The notes under the pieces were generated by a model, which was given only the letters and a program-made list of their open reading frames with translations, did no database searches and was not told the origin of the DNA. From Vulcanimicrobiota bacterium (lineage in GTDB: Bacteria > Vulcanimicrobiota > Vulcanimicrobiia > Vulcanimicrobiales > Vulcanimicrobiaceae), in the NCBI GenBank assembly GCA_963723515.1, contig CAVRQT010000003.1, forward strand, positions 768,001 through 832,000: a stretch of 64,000 nt of DNA. Direction: 5' to 3'. Below, piece after piece: positions 36,113-46,452 of the stretch (position 1 is its first letter; each line of letters begins with the position of its first letter). The translations under genes and the position numbers were made by a program.

Positions 36113-36769
36113 CGCCGCGCACCGTGCGCAGCATCGAATTCTCGCCGGCGGTGTCTAGCTTGTTTCTCAAATACGAGATGTACGTTTCAACGATGTTCGT
36201 GCCGCCTTCGAAGTCGTGGCCCCAGACAAGCTCGAGCAAGTGGTCCTTACTGAAAACTCGGCGAGGCTCGCGCATGAAGACGGCGAGCAGTTCGAACTCT
36301 CGCTGCGTCAGATCGATCAGCCGCTCGTTTCGATAGACTTCGCGGGTTTCCAGATTCAACGAGAGATCGCGCCAGCGCAGCGCGACATCTTCGATCAACT
36401 GCGGACGCCGTAAGGCAGCCGTCAGATCTCGCGATCAGCTCTTCGAACTGAAACGGCTTAACGAGATAATCGTCTGCGCCGCTCGTCAATCCCGCAACTT
36501 TATCGCCGAGCTCTCCTTTTGCCGTGAGCATCAGTACCGGCACATGCGGTAATCTTGCGCAGCATCGGCAGCAAGGCAAGACCGTCGATCTTCGGCATCA
36601 TGACGTCGAGCACGATGACTTCAGGCTCCCAGTCACGCACGAGCGTAAGCGCCTGCTGACCGTCGGCCGCCGTGCGCACCGCAAAGCCTTCGCGTTCGAG
36701 CCCAAGCTCGAGCATTTCTCGCACGAAGCGGTCGTCGTCGACGACCGCCACGCGTGATTTGGCACCCAT
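36093..36769 (-). CDS. OmpR-family response regulator (frameshifted)
   Basis: [38 protein letters not shown]. Confidence 0.92.
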
Positions 36770-36779
36770 CGTACCTACC

Positions 36780-37469
36780 TTAGGGGTGCATTTCGGGGCG
36801 CATATGCCCCATCGCTCCCATCAGCAAGTACTTGCCGGCGTCCGGCGTTTGATTCGCACCCATACCGAAGCGGCCGCGCATCGGCATCTGCTCGAACATT
36901 TTGGCTTGATCCGCATTCAGCAGCGGTTTGATTTGGTTGATGGCCGACGCATGAAGCGCCGTCATCTTTGAGTGCGCATCGTTGCCGATTGCGATAACGG
37001 ATTGCTTTTCGCTCGGTGAGAGGATCGCATCGATTTGTGAGACGAGCTTCTCGTGCTGCGCGCGCATCGCGCCGAATTTGCCCATGTCGGGATGCGGACG
37101 CTGTGCGTTCGGTCCCGATGGAGGCATCGCGGGCATCATGCGTTGCATCGAACCGCGTGCTTGATCGATGATCTGTTGCACTTTCGCACGGTGGTCGGCA
37201 GATAGTGCCGCCATTTCGCGATTGTGCGCATCTTCAGTGATCGAGCGCATCTGCGTCATCGTCGAGCGCATGATCGGTTGAATCTTCTGCCGTTGATCGG
37301 CTGTTAGGTTCAGGCGACCAGCAAAACCGTGCGGACCGCCCGCCGGGCCAGCAGCCGGAGCGCCGGGCATCGCAGCGCTCCCACCTGCGGGTGCGCCGCC
37401 TGTATTCTGTCCGCAGGCGGACATGGAAAGAGCTGCCGCCGCAAGGACGGCAATAAATAATGGCTTCAT
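36780..37469 (-). CDS. Spy/CpxP-like periplasmic lipoprotein
   Basis: Lipobox MSA-C; LNLTADQR, LSADHR, LSPSEK, LNADQ repeats; Met-rich. Confidence 0.75.
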   Translation of the reverse strand: MKPLFIAVLAAAALSMSACGQNTGGAPAGGSAAMPGAPAAGPAGGPHGFAGRLNLTADQRQKIQPIMRSTMTQMRSITEDAHNREMAALSADHRAKVQQIIDQARGSMQRMMPAMPPSGPNAQRPHPDMGKFGAMRAQHEKLVSQIDAILSPSEKQSVIAIGNDAHSKMTALHASAINQIKPLLNADQAKMFEQMPMRGRFGMGANQTPDAGKYLLMGAMGHMRPEMHP

Positions 37470-37513
37470 GACAAGATTTTCCATTGGCATCCTCAATGCT
37501 GGCTGAGAGCGGG

Positions 37514-37963
37514 CTAGGCGGCTTTCAAACCGCCTCGCCAAGCTTGGTAGCGATGCCGGGCGATGAGGGCTGCTCGCGAGACGTCTTCGAGAGGATGCCT
37601 GTGCAGCGTGACGCCGGCTGCCTCTATCCGTGCCATGATCTCTGCCGGTGGCTCCCAATGCGCATAGAGGTGAATTTCTGGTGCGCCCGTCGACTCGGCA
37701 ATGATGCGCACGAGGTCGTCAAAGCCGCATTCCCCTTGCGCTATGAGGCGAGATGCCACGGCGCCGTCAAATGAAGCCACGCTATAGCCGGAGACGACCG
37801 TCAAGAGCTGCCGCACTTCCTCAAGCGAGGCGCCGTCGAAGTCTACCAGCACGACCTCGGGCTCGTGGTCGCCGTCGAGCTGGGCGTGCAAGGTTGCGCC
37901 GATGATCTTGGCGGTTTCCCCGGTCTCAAGGATGGCGCCGCTGCCGATGAAGTACCCTTCCAT
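37514..37963 (-). CDS. Hypothetical protein
   Basis: Long ORF with ATG at 37963 and protein-like composition. Confidence 0.6.
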   Translation of the reverse strand: MEGYFIGSGAILETGETAKIIGATLHAQLDGDHEPEVVLVDFDGASLEEVRQLLTVVSGYSVASFDGAVASRLIAQGECGFDDLVRIIAESTGAPEIHLYAHWEPPAEIMARIEAAGVTLHRHPLEDVSRAALIARHRYQAWRGGLKAA

Positions 37964-38025
37964 GGTCACAGTGTGCGATTTCAGAGTGCCAACTGGGTGG
38001 CACTTTGCTAAGTGCTGAAAAGACA

Positions 38026-38244
38026 ATGCGGATCATAGCCTGCCTGGCGACGGTCATCCTGATACAAGGTTGCGCCCACCCGGCTGCCCATGGAACGCGC
38101 GACGGTAGTCTCGCTGCGCCTTCCGGCTACCGCTGCGATCAGGAGATCCCACCGCGCCTTGCAGCTGCGTGCCGACACTTTCGCCATATGCTCGCCCCGA
38201 CACCGCCGCCAACAACGCCGTTGCCACTCCGGAAGAAACGATAA
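38026..38244 (+). CDS. Small lipoprotein 1 (YRCD motif)
   Basis: MRIIACLATVILIQG-C lipobox. Confidence 0.6.
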   Translation: MRIIACLATVILIQGCAHPAAHGTRDGSLAAPSGYRCDQEIPPRLAAACRHFRHMLAPTPPPTTPLPLRKKR

Positions 38245-38289
38245 CGATGGAGCCCATCGCGATTTGACGCAGAACGATTGGGCTCGCAG

Positions 38290-38510
38290 ATGACTAATCG
38301 GTTAGCAGTTGTGGCACTCGCCATTTTGCTGATTGCCGGATGTGCGAGGTCAACGCCACGCGCAGCTCCACGTGGCGGCTCCGTTGCGCATCGTCCTTAC
38401 CGTTGCGATCGACTGCCTTCCCAGCGATTAGCCCCGCCTGCCACCGACGTAAGACCGGCGGGCTGGTCGGAGCATTGGTCCCACCGAAGCATCCAGCCCG
38501 TCGCAAGTAA
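38290..38510 (+). CDS. Small lipoprotein 2 (YRCD motif; probable frameshift near 38432)
   Basis: LLIAG-C lipobox; the shifted frame gives ACHRR...RRK* ending at 38510. Confidence 0.55.
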
Positions 38511-38514
38511 CTCG

Positions 38515-39122
38515 CTACGCCGTCGAGGCGAGCTGCGTCCTTTTCCGAGCACCTGACACGAGCAACGCCACCAGCTGATCGACGACCTCCGGATCCCATT
38601 GCGAGCCACGTCCGTGCTGCAGTAACTCCAGGCCCTGTCTAGCCGGAAGCGCTGCACGAGCTTTCGTGGACGAGATCATCGACTGAAATGCGTCGCTCAC
38701 CGCAAGGATCCGCGCCTCAAACGGAATGCTGTAGCCGAACAGCCCATCGGGATAACCCAGTCCGTCAAAGCGCTCGTGATGCGCACGAACGACAACGCGC
38801 AATGCTGCAGTGCGGGAATCTGGTTAAGGATATGTTCCGATGTCACGGGATGCGCCCGGAGTTGCTCGGTTTCTGTCTCCGTCAATGCGCGCGTATTGAA
38901 AACAACCGGATCGGATAGAGCGATCTTCCCCACGTCATGCACAAGCGCGCAGAGCTCAACGTAGGCGATCCCATCGCGCGACAGCCGCATCGCCGTTGCG
39001 AACCGCCGCGCCCATTGAGCCGTACCTTTTGAGTGCGCGTATGTCGTTTCGTCGCGTTCTTTCATCATCGCAAGCAAGCCCATCGCGACTAGAAAGGATT
39101 GCGGCATCATGCTGGGCGGCAT
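38515..39122 (-). CDS. Stand-alone HD-GYP domain phosphodiesterase (frameshift near 38790)
   Basis: D..TY.HS, LVHDVGK, HHERFDGLGYP, RILAVSDAF.SM, QWDP. Confidence 0.88.
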
Positions 39123-39128
39123 GTAATA

Positions 39129-39203
39129 CTAACCGAGATTCGGCGGCATTATCATGATCAAGTGATGCACAAGTGCGGCAAGACCCAACAAGATAAGATG
39201 CAT
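39129..39203 (-). CDS. Unannotated 24-aa peptide MHLILLGLAALVHHLIMIMPPNLG
   Basis: ATG 5 nt after GGGAGGAG; stop 6 nt before the HD-GYP ATG. Confidence 0.7.
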   Translation of the reverse strand: MHLILLGLAALVHHLIMIMPPNLG

Positions 39204-39265
39204 GGTAACTCCTCCCTGAAGACGCCGAGTGTCATAATGTAACCACAGTACGGGTCCGTCGTCCT

Positions 39266-39281
39266 TAGCCAAAACTGACTA
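39266..39281. promoter_or_regulatory. Imperfect palindrome TAGCCA-AAAC-TGACTA, candidate LuxR/NarL-type operator
   Basis: Lies between the LuxR gene stop and the peptide RBS. Confidence 0.5.
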
Positions 39282-39286
39282 TCAAT

Positions 39287-41916
39287 TTAGCGTATGAGGC
39301 CTTCTTGCCGCGCCATGGCAAGGGCTTCCCCTCGGCCACTGCAGCCAAGTTTGTCTATTACGCTTCGGATCTGTGCATGGATGGTATGGATACTGCGCCC
39401 GCGTTCGCTTGCGATTTTTTTCGCGGCGGTGCCGGCCGAAAGAGCTTCTAACACCTCGATCTCCGACCTCGTAAGCCCAAGAATCGCCTGTTGCCTCTGT
39501 TGACGTAACATGTGGAAAACGGCCTCAAGCAGTAATGCGTAGCCGCCGTATTCGTATTTCATGTAGCCACTTAGATCGGCATATAGCATTCTGTCATACG
39601 CTGCGCTCTTAGCAGCCTTAAGCAACACCACGCAAGCAGAGCACAACAATGCCGCGGAGGCGTTTCAGCAAGCTTCTGATTGCGGCGTAGCACTTGAATA
39701 CCATCGTGCTGCGCCCGAGCAGTCCATACGCTAAGCCGATCAGCGCTTCGCGAAGTGCAGCTGCTGAAATTCGTATCGCGAAGACGGCTCGATCTGTTCT
39801 TACGTCTTTAACGCCTGGTCCGCATAACGTAATGCTTCATCGCGCCTTCCATCGGCGCTAAGAAACACAGCGCACTCCGCTCGCCTCAGCGCTCCTAGCA
39901 CCACAAACGATTGCTTGTCGCACAAGCCGCATGTTAGCCGATAGGCCGCCCCAAAGTCTCCTCTCCATGCGAGGCGCATTGCGCGCAATGGTGAAATGAC
40001 TGCTGATCTGAATGGATCGCTCGTATGCAGTGCATCGATTTCATCTTCGAGCTCCTGCATTCGCTGCTCACGACCGCGCCGCGCTTCAATCTCATACATT
40101 TGAAACAACGCTGTCTGGCGCCCTAGTCGGTCGCCACCTTTCGCGGCGCATGAGGCATTCTGTTGCGTGTACCAAAGGCTCTTAGATACGTCCTCATCGC
40201 ATGTCATTTCCGTGACAGCCAAAACGCTGTAAGCTCGAGCCGCCAAGATATAGTAGCCGAGCTCCTCACAAACCCGAGCGGCTTCGGTTGAAGCGGCACG
40301 TGCTGTATCGTAGTCAGCCGTATAAAATGAGGCGAAACCAATTCGTTGCAGACATCTGACTCGGACGCCCTCATTGTCGCAGTCGTCCGCTAATTTAATT
40401 GCGCGTGGAATCAGTGCTTTGGCTGCGTCTATGCGGCCAGCCGTAGCGTGTAGGCTCGCTAGTGCAGCCATTGCTTCAGCACGAAGCCCGGACGGGAGTT
40501 CAGGCGCTCTGGATCAGAGGTTCCAGCGTTGCGATCTCGTTCTTGCCCTGGTTCATCATCAGAATCATCAGCTGAATTGCCGCGGATGCCTTAAACGTCT
40601 CATCCTCACTAAGAGCAATCGCACGTTTGTAGAGATGCTCCGCGCTGTCAAAACGGCCAGCCGCCATCTCTGCCGATGCACGGATCGCGAGCACGCATAG
40701 GATTGTGCGTCTGCATTTCGCTTGGCAAACTTAAGATAGCGCCGCTCACGACGTCACCATGGCCATGCTCTATAAGCTCTAGGCCGCGCCGTTCGATTAT
40801 CTCAAGCGCTTCATCCGCTGCATCAGCACGCGAGAACAATGCCAACGCCTGCGCATCGCGCCCGCTGCACAGTAGAGCTCGCGCAGCCTTCAACTGCACG
40901 CCTCGATACGCTACGTCGCCGCGCTGTCGTAGCTCGTATTGCAAGAAGTCGCGGAACAAATCGTGGCAGCGAAAGCGCTCTTCCGCTTCCTTATATATAA
41001 AGGCAACACGTTGGCGCAGGCGCTCAATAATCGTCTCGGCTCTCTGGATGCCGGCGGAGCGCAAGATCGCTACATCGATTTCCGGCAGAAAAGACGTTAG
41101 CAACAGCAGATCTTCTTGCTCAGGGCTTAGCGACTCGAAGACTTGCTCTGCAAGATAGCGGTAAATCTTTTCCCGCGTCTCGGTTTCCAGATGCTGCAAG
41201 TCGGCCGATCTTAACGTACTGCGCAACGCGAAGGCCAGCGCCGTTGGCCAGCCGCGAGTGAGCGCCAAGATCTGATTAAGCTCGTCATCCCGAACGATCA
41301 CGTGCGCCATTCGTGCGGCACTCCGCGCCTCGTCATAGGTGAATCGTAGATCCATCTCATCGACGCCTAATCCCGTGTCGCCGTAAGCCAACCAGGATGC
41401 GACGGGCAAATCCAATGTCGAACGCGTCGCGATGATCCAGCGAATTTTGGTTTTTGAGCGCTCGATAATCGACGCCACGAACCTGGAAACTTCGGGTTCC
41501 AGTTCTGCAACGTGTAAATCGTCGATCGCAACGAGGCCGTCATATTCTTGGATGTGCGCATACATCCAAATGGCGAGCTCCGTTCCGGGGGACGTTGCAC
41601 TCAGCGCCCCATCGAACGCCTCCGCCAGCGTGTTGCGCAGGTTAGGCGCAACCTCGCTAAACACGTTGACGAGACCGCGCACAAAACCAAGCAGCGTCGC
41701 ATTATCCGCGCGAACATCGTAGCGAAGTGTCGGACAATCGATCGTCGAGAGAAACTGTGTCAGCGCAACAGACTTGCCGTAGCCAGCCGGCGCGACGATG
41801 AGCGTAATGCGCTGTTGCGCTGCCTGCGCGATTCGCTCAACAATACGCTCGCGGTGAATCGGCGTGAAGACGCCGCCGGTGTCGATTCGACCATCAGACC
41901 CAACGGACCGAATCAC
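39287..41916 (-). CDS. MalT-like ATPase-TPR-LuxR transcriptional regulator (at least 3 frameshifts)
   Basis: APAGYGKS, IDDLH, TRGWP, YLAEQV, HDLFRDFL; C-terminal LTRSEIEVL...TIHAQIRSVIDKLG HTH. Confidence 0.88.
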
Positions 41917-42000
41917 AAGTCGCGCTCGCTTAATGCCAAGCGTATGGCACTCCTGCCGCTCACATTATGTGTATAAAACTATCCACAGGATGTGCATACC

Positions 42001-42348
42001 ATGAAAAATTCGCTCGACCAATCGCTATCGAAGATGGAGGCATTGCTGCGTCAGGCAGCCTCGCTGGTCGGTGCGCTCTCTGATGCGCTAGCGACCCAGG
42101 CTCAACCGCAGATTGCCGATGAGAAGCAGGCAGAAAGCATCTACGCTAAGGCCCGACAGCGCCATCCGAATACCGGTAAACCGTGGAGCGGCGAAGCGGA
42201 CGAAGAACTGCGAAAGCTCTTCGAAAGCGGCAATACGATCGAAGACCTTTCGATTTACTTTCAGCGGACGAAAAACGGTGTGCGAGCGCGCCTCGTGAAG
42301 CTCGGCCTACTCGAGGCGACTCAATTTCAACCAAGATTTGTGGCCTAA
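42001..42348 (+). CDS. Hypothetical protein with C-terminal Myb/SANT-like helical motif
   Basis: GKPWS.E.DEEL..LF..G.TI..LS..FQRT..GVRARL.KLG. Confidence 0.65.
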   Translation: MKNSLDQSLSKMEALLRQAASLVGALSDALATQAQPQIADEKQAESIYAKARQRHPNTGKPWSGEADEELRKLFESGNTIEDLSIYFQRTKNGVRARLVKLGLLEATQFQPRFVA

Positions 42349-45300
42349 TGATCTCGCTGTTCGATGTCGTCACCTTCATCGGCCGACGTCGGCGGCTTTG
42401 TAGCGGACGTGGTCGCATGGTCTAGCGGCCGCATATTCAGCCGGACAAGCTGCGCGTTGAGTCCGCCCAACCCGCTGACAAAGGCACTCACGGCGTGCAC
42501 GCGTTCATTCGTGAGCGCGTGCAGCGCTCGTCCTTCGCGCTCTTCTTCCGCTGTCGGTCGCCTGAAGGTGTCGAACAAGAAAAGCTGCGCCTGCACACGT
42601 TCGCGTAGCACATCTTTGAGGAAGTCGTCGTCCTGATCCGCTTTAGGATCGGAAGTCAACGTCGCTTGCAAGGCGGCAGCGCGCGTTCGGGCCGCCGCCA
42701 GTTGAGAGACCAATGCCGGATTGCTGCCGTCCTTTTCCAGCGCATTCTTGCGCGCGTCGCTCTCTCGTTGAATCGTGGACAGCGTGTTCAACGCCGTGTC
42801 AATGCGAGACCAATCGGCGTACATTTCGTGCTCTAAACGATAGCGCGCGATATGATCCAATAGCGTCGCATCGTCACGCGGATCACGATGGACCGTAATC
42901 GGGGCACGCAACGTGCGGTTGTCCACATGAAGCATTATCGAATAAGTCCCTGGCACAACGGTCGCACCACTCTCAAACTGATTCCAATCACCGGTTGAAT
43001 CCCACGCGACCGGCTTGTCTTCGGTCAAATCCCAAGAGAAACGGTTGAAGCCCGCTTGATTCGTCAGGTCAGGCATGCTCTTTCCATTTTCGGTATGCGA
43101 GCGAAATGTGTGCACAACATTGCCGCGCAAATCAACGATCTCCGCGCTCGGGTTGTGTCTTGCCGGCGTACTCAAATAAAATGTGATGATCGCACCGTAC
43201 GGCGGGTTCTCCCCGGCGCCGAGCAAGTTATTGCCACCCGAATGTATCTCGTAGAGATACGCCGGTCGCACCGGGAAGACGTACGTTCCGGCGACTCTTG
43301 CGCGTGATAGCAGCTGAAGTGGCGTCGCGTCATCAAGAATCCACGCACTACGCCCGTGCGTGCCGATCAGAATGTCATCAAAATCAGGCTGTACGCGAAT
43401 GTCGCGCACGGACGCAGCGGGTAAATTCTGCCGGAACGATTGCCAACGCGCTCCACGATCGAAGGAGACGTAGAAACCAAATTCCGTCCCAAGGTACAGG
43501 ATCGATCCATTGCGCGGATCCTGTCGGATGCTGCGCGCATAATCGTCCGCCGGTAAACCGGTCGTAATCGTGTTCCAATGACGTCCGAAGTCAGCGGTTT
43601 TGAACACATGCGGCGCCTTGTCGCCGATCATGTGCCTGTCGTAAATGACGAACGCCTCGCCTGGATGTTGATTCGATGCGGAGATGCTTGCAAAACGGCC
43701 GAACGGTCGAATGTTGGTCGGTGTAACGTTGCGCCAATGTTTGCCACCGTCGCGCGTTAGCTGCACGAGACCATCGTCCGTGCCGACCCAAATTTGGCCG
43801 CGCGCAACTGCCGAAGGCTCGATGTATAAGATCGTCTCCGATGTTTCTGCGCCGGTTCCCTCGCGCTGCGCGCCGCCGGTCATCACCTCATGCGACCGGA
43901 GGTTGCGCGTCAAATCGGGGCTGATAACCGCCCAATGTTGGCCACGGTCAGATGATTTGAAAACGACGTCGCCTGCAGCGTACGCAACATGCGGATCAAA
44001 AGGATCAAAAGCGAGCGGCGTCTCCCAATTAAAGCGGTAGCGCAACTGCGAGGGTGACGTGGCATTTTGGTCGCGCAAATAAGGCGACGCGGCGATGGTC
44101 TGCTTCGTCCGCTCGTTGAGAATGTCGATCTCGCCGCCATTGTTACCGCCGCCGCTCGTCAACCATGTGTAATTCCGATTTGCTGGATCGGGAATCACCC
44201 AGGTGCCATCACCACCGCCGACGTCTTCCCACTGCGCCGCGACGATGCCGCGCGGCGTGAGCGAATGGTTCGGCGCGCACCAAACGCCGTTGTCCTGCAG
44301 CGGCGCGCAAACCCGATACGGATTTCCACGATCGTAGCCGATGTGGTACAGCTGCCCGATCGGAATCGTGTTGTGCCAATTCCACGTTGCGCCGCCATCG
44401 CGTGAAAATGCAACGCCGCCATCGTTGCCTTCGATAATCCGTTTGCCGTCTTGCGAGATCCACATCGCGTGGTGATCGCCGTGAATGCGCTCGCCGGTCT
44501 TCTTCCACGTTTTTCCACCATCATTGCTGACGACAAGGTGTACTGAATCCGACCAAAGATGGTCTTCGTTTGTCGGATCGACGTAAAGGCGGCTGAAATA
44601 AAACGGACGCTGATTGATATTGCTGTCGCTCGAGATGAGTTGCCAACTCTCGCCGCCGTCGTCTGAACGCCACATGCGCCCCTGACTGGATTCGATTACG
44701 GCATAAACGCGATGCGGATCCGACGGCGCTACGGCCAGGCCGATTCGACCAACTGTATCGGTGGGCAATCCGTGGCCCTGCAGTTTTTGCCAGGTGGCGC
44801 CGCCATCAGTGGAGCGAAAAATTCCATCGTCCGGACCGCCGCTATTGGAAGACCAACCGGTGCGCCGGTATTGCCACATGCAGGCAAAGATAACGTTCGG
44901 CGCTCGCGGGGAACTCGCAAGATCGCAGCCGCCGCTCGATGGACCCAGATACAATGTTCGCGTCCACGTTAGGCCGCCGTCCGTTGAACGATAGATTCCG
45001 CGCTTTGTGCTATCTGCAAATGCATCGCCGAGCGCTGCGACAACAATCGACCGTGGATTGCGGGGATCGACAAGGATCTTTGCGATTGAAGCGGTGCCTT
45101 GCAAACCGGAAAGCGCCCATGTTTTTCCGCCGTCGCGAGAAACGTAGAGCCCGTTTCCTGGAATGACATCGTTGCGCGGATTCGCCTCACCCGTGCCGGC
45201 CCAGACAACGTCCGGGTTTGCCGGATCGAGCGCCAGCGCGCCAATCGCCGCCACGGGTTGGTCATCGAAGAGCGGCGTCCAATCGGCTCCGCCGTTGGTG

Positions 45301-45554
45301 CTTTTCCAGACGCCGCCGCCGGCGGCGCCGATATAGTAGATCGAAGCGTCACGATCACTACCGACGACGGATGTCAAGCGGCCGCCGGCACTTGACGGAC
45401 CGACATTGCGAAACGTCAATTGCGCAAATGGCGATGGCGTAGGACTCGGCGTCGCCGATGGCGCGGGAGAAACTTTCGTTTCGGCGGCCAACGCGCGGCT
45501 TCCAATAAGGGCGCAGAACAACGCCACAACGCACAAGATGTAACGCACGATCAT
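42345..45554 (-). CDS. BNR/Asp-box (VPS10-like) secreted glycosyl-hydrolase-like protein
   Basis: Many S.DGG.TW repeats, GP...GGR, NDGG, RFNWETP, THGRS. Confidence 0.88.
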   Translation of the reverse strand: MIVRYILCVVALFCALIGSRALAAETKVSPAPSATPSPTPSPFAQLTFRNVGPSSAGGRLTSVVGSDRDASIYYIGAAGGGVWKSTNGGADWTPLFDDQPVAAIGALALDPANPDVVWAGTGEANPRNDVIPGNGLYVSRDGGKTWALSGLQGTASIAKILVDPRNPRSIVVAALGDAFADSTKRGIYRSTDGGLTWTRTLYLGPSSGGCDLASSPRAPNVIFACMWQYRRTGWSSNSGGPDDGIFRSTDGGATWQKLQGHGLPTDTVGRIGLAVAPSDPHRVYAVIESSQGRMWRSDDGGESWQLISSDSNINQRPFYFSRLYVDPTNEDHLWSDSVHLVVSNDGGKTWKKTGERIHGDHHAMWISQDGKRIIEGNDGGVAFSRDGGATWNWHNTIPIGQLYHIGYDRGNPYRVCAPLQDNGVWCAPNHSLTPRGIVAAQWEDVGGGDGTWVIPDPANRNYTWLTSGGGNNGGEIDILNERTKQTIAASPYLRDQNATSPSQLRYRFNWETPLAFDPFDPHVAYAAGDVVFKSSDRGQHWAVISPDLTRNLRSHEVMTGGAQREGTGAETSETILYIEPSAVARGQIWVGTDDGLVQLTRDGGKHWRNVTPTNIRPFGRFASISASNQHPGEAFVIYDRHMIGDKAPHVFKTADFGRHWNTITTGLPADDYARSIRQDPRNGSILYLGTEFGFYVSFDRGARWQSFRQNLPAASVRDIRVQPDFDDILIGTHGRSAWILDDATPLQLLSRARVAGTYVFPVRPAYLYEIHSGGNNLLGAGENPPYGAIITFYLSTPARHNPSAEIVDLRGNVVHTFRSHTENGKSMPDLTNQAGFNRFSWDLTEDKPVAWDSTGDWNQFESGATVVPGTYSIMLHVDNRTLRAPITVHRDPRDDATLLDHIARYRLEHEMYADWSRIDTALNTLSTIQRESDARKNALEKDGSNPALVSQLAAARTRAAALQATLTSDPKADQDDDFLKDVLRERVQAQLFLFDTFRRPTAEEEREGRALHALTNERVHAVSAFVSGLGGLNAQLVRLNMRPLDHATTSATKPPTSADEGDDIEQRDH

Positions 45555-45656
45555 CTTTTTCGTGGTCTTTGTTGCCTTGCGCCTGTCGAAGGAGCAATCC
45601 ACAACCCGCAATCGCGTCGCCAAGAGGTTTCGTGATGAAGTGCCGTAGCAAGCCGC

Positions 45657-45971
45657 ATGTTAGTTCATTTGGGTCACATCCAACCACTGTTGGCGCTCGG
45701 CGTCGTCGCGACGACGGCTGCCACCGATGCGGTCTATGTCATGTTCACTTCAGCCGTCTCGGCACGGCGGCGTTTTTCAGCGGCCACGTGGAGCGGCGTC
45801 TGGTATCTCTTGTCGTCATTCGCTGTGATCACATACACGAAGGATTGGATTTACGTCTGCTTCGCCGCAATTGGCTCATGGATCGGTGCCTACGCTTCGA
45901 TGACGTGGCTTCACCACTCGGCGGCACATGGAGATCTGCCGCTTCAGAGGCCGCTTGATTCCGGGCGATGA
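45657..45971 (+). CDS. Small membrane protein
   Basis: 3 hydrophobic segments. Confidence 0.55.
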   Translation: MLVHLGHIQPLLALGVVATTAATDAVYVMFTSAVSARRRFSAATWSGVWYLLSSFAVITYTKDWIYVCFAAIGSWIGAYASMTWLHHSAAHGDLPLQRPLDSGR

Positions 45972-45982
45972 TTGGCTTTGAT

Positions 45983-46429
45983 CTAGTGCGGCGTTTGAGA
46001 ACCCTCGGCGACGCCTACTTGATCGCGGTAGACCATTTGTCCGCCAAGATAACCGGAAATGGCCAACACGATGATGCCGATGATTTCCAGCACATAGCCC
46101 GGCGCGGATGTCGCATTTGCTAACCGAAGATAAAATGCGATCGCGAAGATGACGACGGTCAGCAGATTGAAGATCATGTGGGTCGTTGCCGTCTTTTTTA
46201 CAGAATCGGATAAGGCGCCGTCAGGTAATCGGTGAAACCGAAGACGGCCGCCAACAAAGCGCCGATGATCCCGAGGCCAATCAGCACGATCGCCATGCGC
46301 GGCCAGAACACGGGATCACCCCAGTGCGAAATGATGTCGCAGAGCGAGGGCGCCAACAAAGAATGCTATCGGAAACGGAATCAGCATCGGATGAATCGGG
46401 TGGCCGTTTATCGTCGCTTTGCCTTGCAT
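45983..46429 (-). CDS. DUF2231 membrane protein (frameshifted)
   Basis: MQGKATINGHPIHPMLIPFP; C-terminal GYLGGQMVY..GV. Confidence 0.8.
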
Positions 46430-46452
46430 CGTAATGACCTCCGGCAAGGCGC

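Noticed and set aside
39129..39203. RiPP precursor
   Set aside because: No modifying enzyme, peptidase or exporter nearby; a signalling or leader role fits better.
41979..41987. DnaA box-like CTATCCACA (also GTATCCACA near 53993)
   Set aside because: Isolated single-mismatch copies, with no cluster or origin context.
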